Shown piece after piece: positions 51,601-63,595 of a stretch of 64,000 bases of DNA; the stretch's first letter is position 1; the number at the start of each line of letters is the position of its first letter. The stretch spans positions 7,864,047 to 7,928,046 of the forward strand of contig CM082591.2 of assembly GCA_040954595.2 (NCBI GenBank), in the 5' to 3' direction. The position numbers and the translations under genes were made by a program. This DNA comes from Balanoglossus misakiensis. Its lineage: Eukaryota > Animalia > Hemichordata. The notes under the pieces are model-generated. The model saw only the letters and a list, made by a program, of their open reading frames with translations, was not told the origin of the DNA and did no database searches.

Positions 51601-54600
51601 AACAAGATAAAATGGAAGCCAATATGGTACATCCTCTGGATTGTTGTAATCATCAGCATGTCTCATTTACAAGGCTTAATAATAATATGAACCAGCCATT
51701 GTTTATGTCACATGTGACCACATCCCAAAGTAAAACTTAAAATCAATCTCACCTTGTTCAGTTTTCAATGTGATCTCTTCTCCCAGTTGAAGAGCCATAG
51801 CCTTTTTCAGTTGCAGCTCATTATCATATTGCTCATCATGTTTTTTTGATAATTTCAACTTGAGTTCAGCAATTATTTGGTCTTTCTGATCAAGTTTGGA
51901 CTTCAACTCTTGGATGTGTCTAGGGTCTGATTCTTCTAATCTTTGCTTGAGGGAAATGACATCCAGAAGTTGTGTGAAAGCTACTTTTTCAGTTTTTTCA
52001 AGTTTCTGAACACAATCTTTGTACTGCTTTTCTAAGAGGGACTTTTCCTGAATTGCTTCTTTCAACTGATTCTCTAGAATCGTGTTTTCTGCTCGAAGTT
52101 TGAACTTTTCTGCCAAGGTCTCATCCATCTGCTGTTTTAGAGATTTTGTATCTGATTTCAAGGACTGCATTTCTTGGAACTGTTTTAGACTAACTTCAAA
52201 GGGCAGTAAGCTTTGTGCTTGTGAGCTGATAGATTCATCTGTAATGGAAAGAACTGGTGTGCCATATTGTATGATTTTTTCCTCCAAATCTGAAATGAAG
52301 TAGATTTAATAATTATTATTTAAATGTACACTTAGCAATCTGCAGATCTGAGTAGATGCTGTTGCCAAATACTTTCACATTATTATTTAGATCTGTGAAG
52401 TAAATTTCACCAAATTATTGAACTAGGTATAATATGCAGGAAACATTGGCTGTCAAATTCCATGAATTTTGAATGTGCCAGTTTTATATTTTGATAGAAA
52501 ATTTACTGATGGATGTATGGCTATAATTGTTCCTTGAGAGTAGTGATTTTTGAGAACGAGGAAAATATTTCCTTTACTATTGGCTGCTTTGTAAAAGTAC
52601 CACTACCACAGAAAAGCTCACACCACATATCTTGGTACTGAAAGAAAAACATTCTCAGACTCCCAGAGGTTCTGTTAAACCTTTGGAGTCATGTGTAATA
52701 TGCTTGTCAGACTTGGTGACTAATGTTGTAATAAAAATCACTGTTTATTACCTGATTCACGGAAATCAGTCCTTTCTGTGTCAGTCATAAGATACCTTCT
52801 TACACCCAGTAACTCTAAGACGCGAGGTCTGTGAGATAGGATATGCTGAACTTTCTTGGTCATTTTCCCAGATAGTTGTATGATGTCAAACTCTCTTCCT
52901 TTCTGTCTTTTACACTGCTCACTGTCAAATATCTGAGGTGCATGTTTGTCTGCTGACTTCTGGAATTCATGTGTCCGATCAATCTCAAGAAACAACTTGG
53001 ATAATGTCCCACCTGCAAAACATACAAATCCTGTTATCTACAATTGTTTTTTCTGAAAAAAAAAACTTAACAATGATACCTCTAGCTGTGTTAAATGATT
53101 TCTATCTAAACGGCCAAAACGACGCCATTGCCCATGATTTAAATGACAGTAAGGTAGGTTTAGAAAATTCAAATGATGACAAACCAAAATCTTATATTCA
53201 CCTTGTTTCTGGTCAGTCTGAAAATGATCAGAACCGATTTCCATCTCTGCATCTTGGAAAGCCACACAAGTTCTGTGAAACTTTATTGGAAATGTAATGA
53301 TTATGGTTTAGTGGTAAAAGCAACAAATATGTGGAAATCGTTTATGACCGAGGTAATAGAAATGTAATACATGTATCAGGACATTACAGTCTTCCATTCA
53401 ATTGTTAAATGCATCAATTTACTATAATTCTTTACTGCGTTAGTCATTAGTTTGATATGCTATATTATATTATACCAGTATATTGATGGTGTAAATCACG
53501 CTATTTTATTGGTCGAGACACGACACGTGACTGTGATATATTCGTCACAAACCACAGTCATATATCACGCAAAACTCATAGTCAAAGAAAATGCCTTTTT
53601 AAAATGTTTTATGCAAAGTTTCAATATACTGGTATAATATAATAGCAATAAAACACCCCCAGCCATGGTATACCACTCGATTTTGACCAGTTCAACTCCA
53701 TATACGCACTCCCTATTGCGAGTGCGTATATGTCATGAACTGGTCAAAATCTCGTGGTATACCATGGCTGGGGGTGTTTTATTGCTTAATCATTTACTCC
53801 TTATAATAACACAATCTAATGTACCTCATCCATTATTTCATCAACACTTTCCTCTTCTACTCTATCATCATATTCCGGTATTTCCACTGGGCCTATTCCC
53901 CCACCATCTCCTGAAAGACAATAAATGGGAAAAGTCATGAAGTACAGTCTGATGTTTTGAAAGAATGTTTGTCTAAACTTTGAGCATTAAACTTATTAAT
54001 TAATACTACAACTTAATTAGCCATGCAAAATACTCTCTGATGTTGTTCATTGGGTTGTAATAAGTTATACTTTAAAATATCAGAAACCTGACGACAAACT
54101 TACTGTTCAGAAAGAATAGTTCCAGTTCATCAAACCTGGCTTGGTCATATGTTGCTGTCAACTGTAGTGGAATTCCAGTTCTGTTGGCCTCCTCTCTCAT
54201 TTCATCTGTTATCAAGATTGGTTCAAACGCTTCAGGTAAACTTCTTGATTGACAGGTTGCCCGCAATTTAAAGAGATTAAAAAGTACAGGCGTGTTTACT
54301 GTGATTTGCAGTGATCCCTCCTTCATATCGGTTACGTCCACTTCACCCATTATGTCAGTGCAAGCCTTCTTGACTTTGTTGATGTCATCACCGTTGGTTA
54401 CCACTTCAGCTGCTCTTCTCTCCAACCCCTGTTTGCATTTGTCCCAAGATGCAGAAGCCGCCTGCTGCATTGCCTCATTCGGTGCTTCGTCTTGTAGATG
54501 CTGCTGATAGGCATTTTCATCCAGTCTGAGATGAAATGAAATGGTTGTGTCTTCATGGTTTTCTGTGTTTTGTAGTGGCTCTGCTGCCATACTTGATACC

Positions 54601-57080
54601 ACATCCTCCTCATCATGAATCTCCTCTATTTGCTTGTTGTTGTCGTTACTATTGGTTACTGCCTCCTCTGCTTTTCTCTTCACTGGTTGTTGCCTTGGTA
54701 GCTGATCTGCTCCATTCTGTCCAGCGTTCATGGGATTTTGGTGATTGACATCTTCGTCTGGAATGATCAGAATAATACAGGGTGCAGAAATAAAGCTAGG
54801 TTAGTTTAAAGCAATAGAAGGTACTGAACCATGAGTGATTTTTGTTGGCTCAAAAATGCCCACACAAATATGTAACTTAAATTAGAACCCATACCAAAAA
54901 TGTTTTATAAGTTGATGTCCCATGTTGAAACTGTTGAACAGAACATCTAGATAAGTTTGTTTGTTTGTTTGTTTGAACATACCTTTTGACTTTCTGCTTT
55001 GGTCAATTGTGTGTTCCTGGTGTTCTTTCTTCCCTGGTGACATCAGACCGGCAAATGTAGCATAACTCTTATTCACATCCTCACTCACTTTGAAAGCATT
55101 CTTCAATTCTGTAGCTTGGATAAAGGCAAGCCTGATGTTACTGACAATCTTCATTACCCTCTTCACTTTTCCATCAATAGTGTTAGGCAATAAGATGGTT
55201 TTTGAAAACTCTGGGAAGTATTTGTTCAGAAACTGACCAAGTTCAGAATCTTCATCTGGTAAGGTTGGTATTCCAATGGCCACAGATTCTAACCCAATAA
55301 ACCCATATTTCTTGTAGAAGGATGCAGGAAGACAAATGTGAGACTTTAGCAGTGATGTTTGCAGACTATTTTCTGTGTAATATAAGTTGAGATATGTCTT
55401 CACATGATCACTCTTCATTTTGGCTGTAAGGCCCTTCAACTCTGTTTGACGGATTTCTGGTGAAGCTCCCAGTATTCGCCATTCAGGAGGTCTGCGGCCA
55501 ACTCTTTTCCGCACATTTGCTACTCTTCCGATGGAAGCAGCCAGCATCTCGCATCTGTTCAAGGCTTCTGGTGTATCAAACTGTCCATATGTCAGTATGC
55601 GGTGAATTTCCACTTCATCAGGTAATGTTGGATCTTTGTCAAAGAAGACTTTCCCTGGTCTTGGAAGAATCTCCATGTGAGGGATACTGGATAGTTTCTT
55701 TCCATTAATTTCTGCCCTGTATTCGTTAGTGAAATGCTCATACATTTTTGGACCAATTGACAATATGACGTCAGCTTCACTGGCCATCTTCAGCATCATC
55801 TCACTGAGGTTCCCGTCTGGAATTTCCAACAGACAGTTATCATCTTCATAGGCATGGTTAATCATAACAAGTTTAGCAGCTGGAAACAACTTTGCTCTGA
55901 TGTCTATAGCAGCGAATCCGGTCTTTGGAGCGTAACCAACAACATACTGGATGTTTTCTAACTTTCTGAGATCAGGAAAGTAGCTTTCATGATTCAACAA
56001 CCATTTTAAGTCCGGTTGATCAGTGATGTCTTTTGGTTGTGCTGGAATCAATGTAACATCACAACTGGCAGCATCTGCCTTCTGGTCATCACTGACTTTG
56101 ACACCAACAAAGGTGGAGTAGGCTTGAACAGGTTTTCCTTCTTTGACTTTCCTTGCACAGAAATCTTGTACGAGAGTTCTGTGAAACCCGTTCAAGTCAC
56201 AGTCCTCTTTGTTCCATTCTTCATTTACAAATAATATTCCAGGAGGTGGATCTGGAAGACTGAGTTGGTGAAGTTTGGCTTCAGGGAAGAGACTTTCACG
56301 AATTGCTGCGGCTGCATTGTGTGTCTGTGGAGAATATCCGACTACATGTTGGATGTTTTTCAGTTCCTTCAGTCCTGGGTAGTAGATTGTGTGACTGACA
56401 AGCCAGTGTTCTCCAGGTGGATCTTTCTTTGGATCCAACCACTTGTTTCTTTTGGCTGGGATCAAAGTGACATTCACACTCTTTGCATCTTTCTTTTGTT
56501 CTTCACTCACTTCAACTTCAAGGGTAGTACAGAGGAATTCAGAAACATTCTCAGACTTTATATCTTCACGGAACTCATTGACAAGCATATGACTTGGTTT
56601 TGTAATCTGCCCTTCTGAGGTTGTATCCCAGGTTGGTAGTAGCAGTAACGCTGCATCTGGTGGTTCAGGAAGTGAGAGTTGGTGAAGTTTGGCTTCAGGG
56701 AAGAGACTTTCATGAATTGCGGCTGCTGCATTGTGTGTCTGTGGAGAATATCCGACTACATGTTGGATGTTTTTCAGTTCCTTCAGTCCTGGGTAGTAGA
56801 TTGAGTGACTGACAAGCCAGTGTTCTCCAGGTGGATCTTTCTTTGAATCCAACCACTTGTTTCTTTTGGCTGGGATCAATGACACATCAACACTCTCTGC
56901 ATCTTTCTTTTGTTCTTCACTGACTTGAACTTCAAGGGTAGTACAGTGGAATTCAGAAACGTTCTCAGACTGGAGTGTGTTTTCTTTGAGATGTTTGATT
57001 ATAGCTTGAGTAGGTTGGGAGGTCTTTGCCTCCTTGTCCCATGATTTCAATACAACCAGTGCTGCAGATGGTTCTGACAT
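47863..57080 (-). CDS. Multidomain protein ~1900 aa: GT4/GT-B glycosyltransferase-like region, TRADD-N-like domain, coiled coil, 36-aa repeats, NHL propeller; 8 coding exons
   Basis: Exons 57080-54983, 54757-54104, 53910-53825, ~53253-53202, 53012-52752, 52289-51753, 51413-50232 and 48680-47863 have compatible phases and GT/AG sites (exon 4 acceptor uncertain). Confidence 0.78.
50232..51413 (-). CDS. Exon 7: E/T/K/P-rich tandem-repeat stalk
   Basis: Open frame of 36-aa repeats; AAG acceptor; donor at 50232 (or 50241). Confidence 0.75.
50310..51395 (-). repeat. 108-bp coding tandem repeat made of two 54-bp subunits, ~10 units
   Basis: PEMRREEETGSGETKHPQ-PETTAEKETGDAKTKPTQ. Confidence 0.95.
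51753..52289 (-). CDS. Exon 6: coiled coil
   Basis: Heptad-rich LKQQMDETLAEKFKLRAENTILENQL; phase 1-1. Confidence 0.8.
52752..53012 (-). CDS. Exon 5
   Basis: GTLSKLFLEIDR...DFRES; TTTTGCAG acceptor, CAG/GTAAT donor. Confidence 0.7.
53202..53253 (-). CDS. Exon 4 (acceptor uncertain)
   Basis: DAEMEIGSDHFQTDQKQ; AAG/GTGAAT donor; supplies the phase 0-to-1 change the model needs. Confidence 0.5.
53460..53790 (-). mobile_element. Non-autonomous element with a ~140-bp terminal hairpin
   Basis: GCAATAAAACACCCCCAGCCATGGTATACCAC...GTGGTATACCATGGCTGGGGGTGTTTTATTGC; inverted copy at about 60705-61020. Confidence 0.75.
53825..53910 (-). CDS. Exon 3
   Basis: RDGGGIGPVEIPEYDD...MDE; TTTCAG acceptor and GT donor. 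Confidence 0.65.
54104..54757 (-). CDS. Exon 2: acidic linker and TRADD-N-like domain
   Basis: DMKEGSLQITVNTPVLFNLFKLRATCQSRSLPEAFEPILIT; CAG/GT, phase 1-1. Confidence 0.75.
54983..57080 (-). CDS. Exon 1: glycosyltransferase family 4-like region with repeated N-terminal lobes
   Basis: ATG MSEPS after acceptor CCTGATAG; ILFVNEEW...NGFHRTLV; ASEADVILSIGPK; CLPASFYKKYGFIGLESVAIGIPTL resembling the GT4 PS..E.FG...LEA...G.P motif. Confidence 0.8.
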
Positions 57081-57671
57081 TGTATTCCTATCAGGAAGAA
57101 GTATGGGCAAGGAAATATGTGAGATTGTAACAACTGTTTCTCTGAAGAGTGACTGTTTAAATATCCATGCACATAGTCACATTGCAATACTGAGTAGGGA
57201 GCTAGAAGGTCAAGTGAGGTCACAGTGTGTTAGAAATCAGGCTACAACATGTCTGATTAAATATTAACCAAATACCTGAGGTATGTAATTGTCTCAAAAC
57301 TGACAAAGTTTGAATGGAAGTATGAACTCGTACTTGCCAAGTATGAATGATGTAATGTCGGGTAGTATATACATGTACGGTATATGTCACACATTTGCCT
57401 TTTGGTTACATTTCATATTGTGCGTAAAATAAAAAGTCTTCTTGGTTTTCATTTATTTGCAGATTGGTAAGGTATTTTTTTTTAAATGCTACATATTTGA
57501 GAAGAAAACAGCTGTATATAGGACAAATCAAAAAGCTGCAACGGTATGTTGACCTATGATATTAGGCTTTTCATGCTAGGCGGCCATCATGCACTTACTC
57601 CTGTCAACGTATGCATAGCCCCGTGGCCAATACATCAATCATTACGATTGCTTTCGAATAGATGGTTAAAC

Positions 57672-57980
57672 TTAAAGGGACAAAGTCTCTCTCTTGCTGC
57701 CCTTTTTCCATTAATTATATTTGAAACAAGACACTGTTTATGTCATTCTACATGTGGATGTACCGGTATAGTGAATCAATGTTCAACCACACACACCTTC
57801 CATCCCACTTGCAGACACGAGAGTGAAAACTTTTTACTCTCATATGCTACATATGGGATAGAAGTTGTGTGTGGTTGAATGTTGATTCACTATATATCAA
57901 CATGCAGAATAACAACAGTGTCGTGTATCAAACATAATTAATGGAAAAAGGGCAGAGAGAGAGAGACTTTGTCCCTTTAA
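57672..57980. mobile_element. Foldback MITE family A copy
   Basis: Family A TIRs and TTAA flanks. Confidence 0.8.
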
Positions 57981-59224
57981 ACGTCTATTTGAAAGCAATC
58001 GTAATGATTGATGTACTGGCCGCAGGGCTTTGTCTCTTTAAAACATCAAGCAAGCCAAAAGAATCACAGAAAACGAACTTCGTAATAATCTGTGCACAAT
58101 TAAATGTCCGGTTTCCAAAAATATCGAAAATATTCTACGTAAATGCTTCAAAGAAAGTGGTCGCCCAGACGCATTGAAACGTACATATGTCTACTCGAGG
58201 CTAGCCGGAATTGCTTTGTGTGTCATGGGTCTCCACCTTGGTCAAAGGCTTCTAATCACCTGACTAGGACTTTTCTCGCTCGATCATAGCGGTCGCGTCG
58301 ACTGACAATTGAGATGTGATGTTCATTTTCAACTGAAAATTAGGCCTCAAGAAAACAAAATTGTTCGTAAATTTCTGATCATTTGATCATCGGCCGACAT
58401 TAGAGAGATCCTCTACCAAAAATGGGGCTTCAAAAATAAAAAAAAAGTTGTTCGTAAATTCCCGATGATACATTGATTTATTTTCGTAAATTTCCATTTC
58501 CATTACCATAATCATTATTTAGGATTTGTTGTTATTACATCTAGTACACTAAAAGAATAAAGTGCTTTTCAGTGAGAACACGAAAGTGTTAAATTATAAG
58601 AATTTGAAGTTTGTAGACCTCCATATGACCAATGGCCAGGATGTGTGGTACTTTGTAACTTGTTTAGCCTTTGTTATAGAATGGCGACAAAACATGTTGT
58701 TAATATACATGTACAGTTATTCTACATTATTGACAGATTGATACTGTGGAAGGGCAGTGGAGCCTGGAAGGTCAAAGGAGGTCACACCGCGACAATAATG
58801 TATGGTTTAAATGTTAACTATACTATACGGTACATTAACACCATGTCCAAGTATAATGGACAGAATTGCTAAACCTTAATCTAAATTCTGTTATCATTAC
58901 TTAAAGGTGTGTGATCACAATCTATTCTTTGGTACCTTGTTATCTTATCAAATATTTGCAGTGTGCAGACCACAGTTACCAGCAGCATTATGGTATTTGT
59001 AAAGTTTGGGTTTGAAATGATCCATCAAAAGTGTTCTTGGGAGAAATATGTTGAAATGTCAATCATTACTTATTGATCAAAATTGACCTGCATGCAGTGC
59101 ATTTAAAATAAGTTTCATTCTTTCATTTTCAATTCATGTCTGGAAGGGAGCATTCAAAAAATTGACATGACAGCTTTTCCCCACACAGATTTAGACGTGG
59201 GTGGGTATGGCCATACACACAAAT

Positions 59225-59596
59225 AGGCCGTTCACATTACTCAAAAAAGGCTACGCCCTTGTCCTAGCAAAGTACGTGGCCGAGCAAAAAGAAACAGGTG
59301 TGAACGGGTCTAGCCGACCCTTGTCCGGAAATTTTGGTCCCAGTCGAATCGGGTGGTTTGTGGTCGACACTGGTCCGACTCTGGTCCCATCCAGGTGTGT
59401 GTGGACACGTTTTGTCCGACTCTGGTCCTAGTTGACACCTTTTACATTTGACATAACAGTGTAGTCTATCATTTGACAATGGTGAAAATCGAATAAACAA
59501 CCAGAAACGGACCAACACGGTTCTGCTTTATATTAAGGTCAAAGGTTGGCGAAACGACGTCAGCCAGGACTGTGCCAAACACAATGTGAACGGGAC
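59225..59596. mobile_element. Probable Harbinger-type MITE
   Basis: GGCCGTTCACATT...AATGTGAACGGG inverted termini. Confidence 0.45.
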
Positions 59597-60704
59597 CAAA
59601 GATTAGTTTATCTTGTCACAATCATCGGGATTAGTTTTGCCCGGCCATGGGCCTAGATGTGAACCCAGCACACGTCTATTAATATTCATGAGTTTACTTT
59701 TCTTGTTTACGTACACTCTTATAACAATGGGAAATCTTGAGGATGGCTATTACATCAAGTTGACAACCCCCGCATGTGTACCTCATATACATAAACAAAA
59801 ATAGTCTGGTGTGTGGAGCCGCCTCCCTTTTTTACAGGAAGTACTTTCGAAATATTTTTTTTATGCACCAGTCCCCACTCATGATCAGTTTTGTGTCAGA
59901 ATTTATTGTCATAGCAACATTTCGAGTAAGACTTTACCAGAAGAACTCGTTTTCGTGGTGGCTCTGATTTGGGCCGTTTTAATGAATATTGAACTAGACA
60001 TGTCTAGGACGCAGGCTGAAAGGAGTTTGACGCATTTTTTTATGAATGCGTTAAAAAGACGCACTCAAAAAATGTTACCGCGACCTCTGTCGACTTTTAG
60101 GACCACGGTCATGTCACACTTGCCATGCTGGGGACTTGCTGGGGGTGGGGGTGCTTGTTGACAGTGCCAAGAGAAGACGGCCAGTTTTAGCTCGTACTTC
60201 TGGCCGAATAGTGCAGTTCCGACCCAATTTACCTCTTATAAACTTTATAAAATATAATACATTGTAACACTAAATTGTTTAGTGGGACGATTTTTGTCAT
60301 CATTCTGAGCAACACAACAGCATCGTTTAGAGTGCTCTTTCTCTAGGAAATCGCTCAAGCTTATAAAACATGAGGTCTGTGCAGCTCCACTCCTCAGCTT
60401 CTCATCACTGTCCCTCACTTACCCAATCATTTCAAAGGGTGATCAAGATGGCCAGAACAGCCAATTCTAACCAACCAGGTTCAAGAACCTGAGAAAAGGT
60501 GCTAAAAGCATGCAATAGATATATTGACAAGATAAACATTGGGAACAGTAGGATTAAGGGAAGTGTGACTGGTCCAACCTGTTCAGTTTTAGTGTGGGGC
60601 ATGGCTGGAATGATAAAAATAATGTTGCTTTCATAATTTTTACCAAGTTTCAGTATTCATAATTATCATACATGCACTTTCTGTTGTCCTCGCAGTGAAG
60701 ATAA

Positions 60705-61020
60705 TTTAGCAATAAAACACCCCCAGCCATGGTATACCACGAGATTTTGACCAGTTCACGACATATACGCACGAGCGATAGCGAGTGCGTATATGGAGTT
60801 GAACTGGTCAAAATCGAGTGGTATACCATGGCTGAGGGTGTTTTATTTCTATTATATTATGCCAGTATATTGAAACTTTGCATTAAAACATTTTAAAAAG
60901 GCATTTTCTTTGACTATGATATATGACTGTGGTATATGGCTAATATATCACAGTCACGTGTCGTGTCTCAACCAATAAAATAGCGTGATTTACACCATCA
61001 ATATACTGGTATAATATAAT
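60705..61020 (+). mobile_element. Terminal-hairpin element, copy of 53460-53790
   Basis: Same hairpin and body in opposite orientation. Confidence 0.75.
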
Positions 61021-61618
61021 ACCACTTCTATCACATGGATAAGGATTGAAGCTGTAACTTGTGAAGGAATCAACCACTCTTTTACAACCATTTTCAGATG
61101 TATGTTGTACTGAAGCTGATGATTCATTATCTTGTTTTTTTTAACTGAATACACTGAATACATTTACCCCTGGTAGGTGACATGTTGTAAATGGGTGGTG
61201 GCAAAAAGATTCCAAACTCTGATATCACATCTACAACACAGGTATGTGACAAGTACTGAGCAGCTCGTACGGTACTCGATCGGAACCAAACTCTGGGATT
61301 TCTCCTCTTTTTGCCAGTGGGAGCTACTCTAGCTTTGTATGGATCAAATGGATTGAAACTCTAACTTCTGAAGGAATCAACTTCTCTGTTACAACACTAA
61401 GAGGTATGTTGCATTGAACTTGGTGATTTTCTGTCTTTTTCTTTCAGTCCTCAAACTCAAGCCACACCTTTTTCATTTTCATGTAACAGAAACACACCTT
61501 CAAAAAGAATTCTATTGGAAATAACTGAACAATTAAGCCTCCAAACTTTTCTTGGCATGAAAGATGACCAGAATATTGTGAATACCAATAGAATATACAT
61601 GTATTTACATGTAACTAA

Positions 61619-62425
61619 TTAAGCAATAAAACACCCCCAGCCATGGTATACCACGAGATTTTGACCAGTTCACGACATATACGCACGAGCGATAGCGAGC
61701 GATAGCACGAGCGATAGCGAGTGCGTATATGGAGTTGAACTGGTCAAAATCTCGTGGTATACCATGGCTGGGGGTGTTTTATTGCTAAATATTATATTAT
61801 GCCAGTATATTGAAACTTTGCATAAAACATTTTAAAAAGGCATTTTCTTTGACTATGATATATGACTGTGGTATTTAAGCAATAACCCCCGCCGCAGGCG
61901 GGTATACACAAGATTTTGGTACAATTCGAGACATATAGCACGAGCCGTTAGGCGAGTGCTATATGGAGCGAATTGTACCCAAATCGAGTGTATACCCGAC
62001 TGAGGCGGGGGTTATTGCTATTATATTATATCAACAGTTGTTTTTGTGGCAAATCAGTGTCATTTTCTTACCGAAACGGCGTCAGAAAGAGAAATTACGA
62101 TCGTGAACCAACATGGCGACGGTGAATGTAAACACGTGCGGCCCGGGATCGAGCATTAAACATAAAGCAGACGCCAAAAAGTGACAAAAGTGCAAAATAT
62201 TCAGAGCAGAGCAGTTCCAAAATAAAACATCAGTAAATTCAAGTGTTTTTATGTTATTCATTTGGTTTAATCCCGCGCGACTGTGGTATAACCGCACATT
62301 TTCCCTGCTGCATGCTAGTTCAGGGGCCCGTTTTACCACTGCCAGCAGTGGTAAAACAGTATTTTACCATAGCTCTCGTCCAATCAGAATCGCGGACGGT
62401 AGCATGATATAATATAATATAATAT
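61619..62425 (+). mobile_element. Truncated terminal-hairpin element (61619-61875) joined to a related hairpin element (61876-62425)
   Basis: Second hairpin GCAATAACCCCCGCC...GGCGGGGGTTATTGC; same overall layout ending CCAATCAG...ATAATAT. Confidence 0.65.
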
Positions 62426-63595
62426 AATATATGGTATTTCACTCGGTGAAACTATTTTTGATCACACGCTGAAATCATCACACAGCGTTGACTCAGTGAT
62501 CGGCGTGACAGTTCGCTGCGCGCTCGAGCGACATACGTGGCATAAGACTCTAGTGGAGAGGGGTGTTGTACAATTCGGTTATAAGAAGCTGTGATAAAGT
62601 ATTCAAAGCTGGCGGTTTTGTCATGTTGAATGTATCATTTTTACTTCTTCGGAATTCTCAATGCAAAATAATTGTTAACATGATATTTTGAAAGAGAACA
62701 TAGACAATTGTATTTAGAATGAGGATGTGCCCATCAAAATGAAAGCTGCCAACCCCCTTAGAATAATACTACGGCCTACACGTTGATCACCTGAACGCAT
62801 CGCCCTGTCTCACTTGGCTATGGGCTACTGTCGTGATCCCAGGGCACCCGGTTCAAATTTCTGGCCGTGAAATTGTTTTTCTCGGCGCATTTTTCGCAAA
62901 TCATACTGTTTTATAGGTAGGCATGTATGATAAAGGGGTTATTACACAAATTTTGGTCGATAATGCGCCGCATTCTCGTGATGTCCGTATTTTGACGAGT
63001 TGCGAAGCAAATTTGAGTCAAAATACGATGCGTTATCGAATACGATGCGTTATCGACCAAAAAACAAAATAATAAATCATCAGCTCCAGTAGAACATACC
63101 TCTCAAAACGGTTGTTGCTGAGTGGTTGATTCCTTCCCTAGTTAGAGCTTCAATCCAGGTACATCTGAAATAAGTGATAATAGTCGCATGTAAATACAAA
63201 TCCTAGACATTTTTCCTTTAGGTCTATTTTCAAGTTGACAAAAGTTTAGAGGCTTAATTGTGAAGTTATTCCAATAGAATTCTTTTTGTTGATGTCGGGT
63301 TCTATTAGTTGAAAATGGAAGAGGGTGTGGCTCGAGTTTGAGGACTAAAAGAAAAAGACAGAAAATATCACCAAATATTCAATGTGACGTACGTACCTCT
63401 TAATGTCCTAACAGAGTGTTTGATTTCCTCACAAAGTAGAACTCTCCAGGTGAACAACTGAAGCTAAGGTCCCAAAAGTATCAAGAGCGTAAGTGCTCAC
63501 CAGAGAAAAATGGCAGATAAAGTTGCTGATCGATCTACCAAGTGCTGTACACTTGTCATGTGATCTGACTTTAAATACCTGTGTTGTACAAATGT

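Noticed and set aside
57084-57110. N-terminal extension MPILLPDRNT of the GT-like exon
   Set aside because: TTG start overlapping a polypyrimidine/AG acceptor; the ATG at 57080 is preferred
62815-62870. tRNA-like GGTTCAAAT motif
   Set aside because: Only a B-box-like stretch; no cloverleaf could be built
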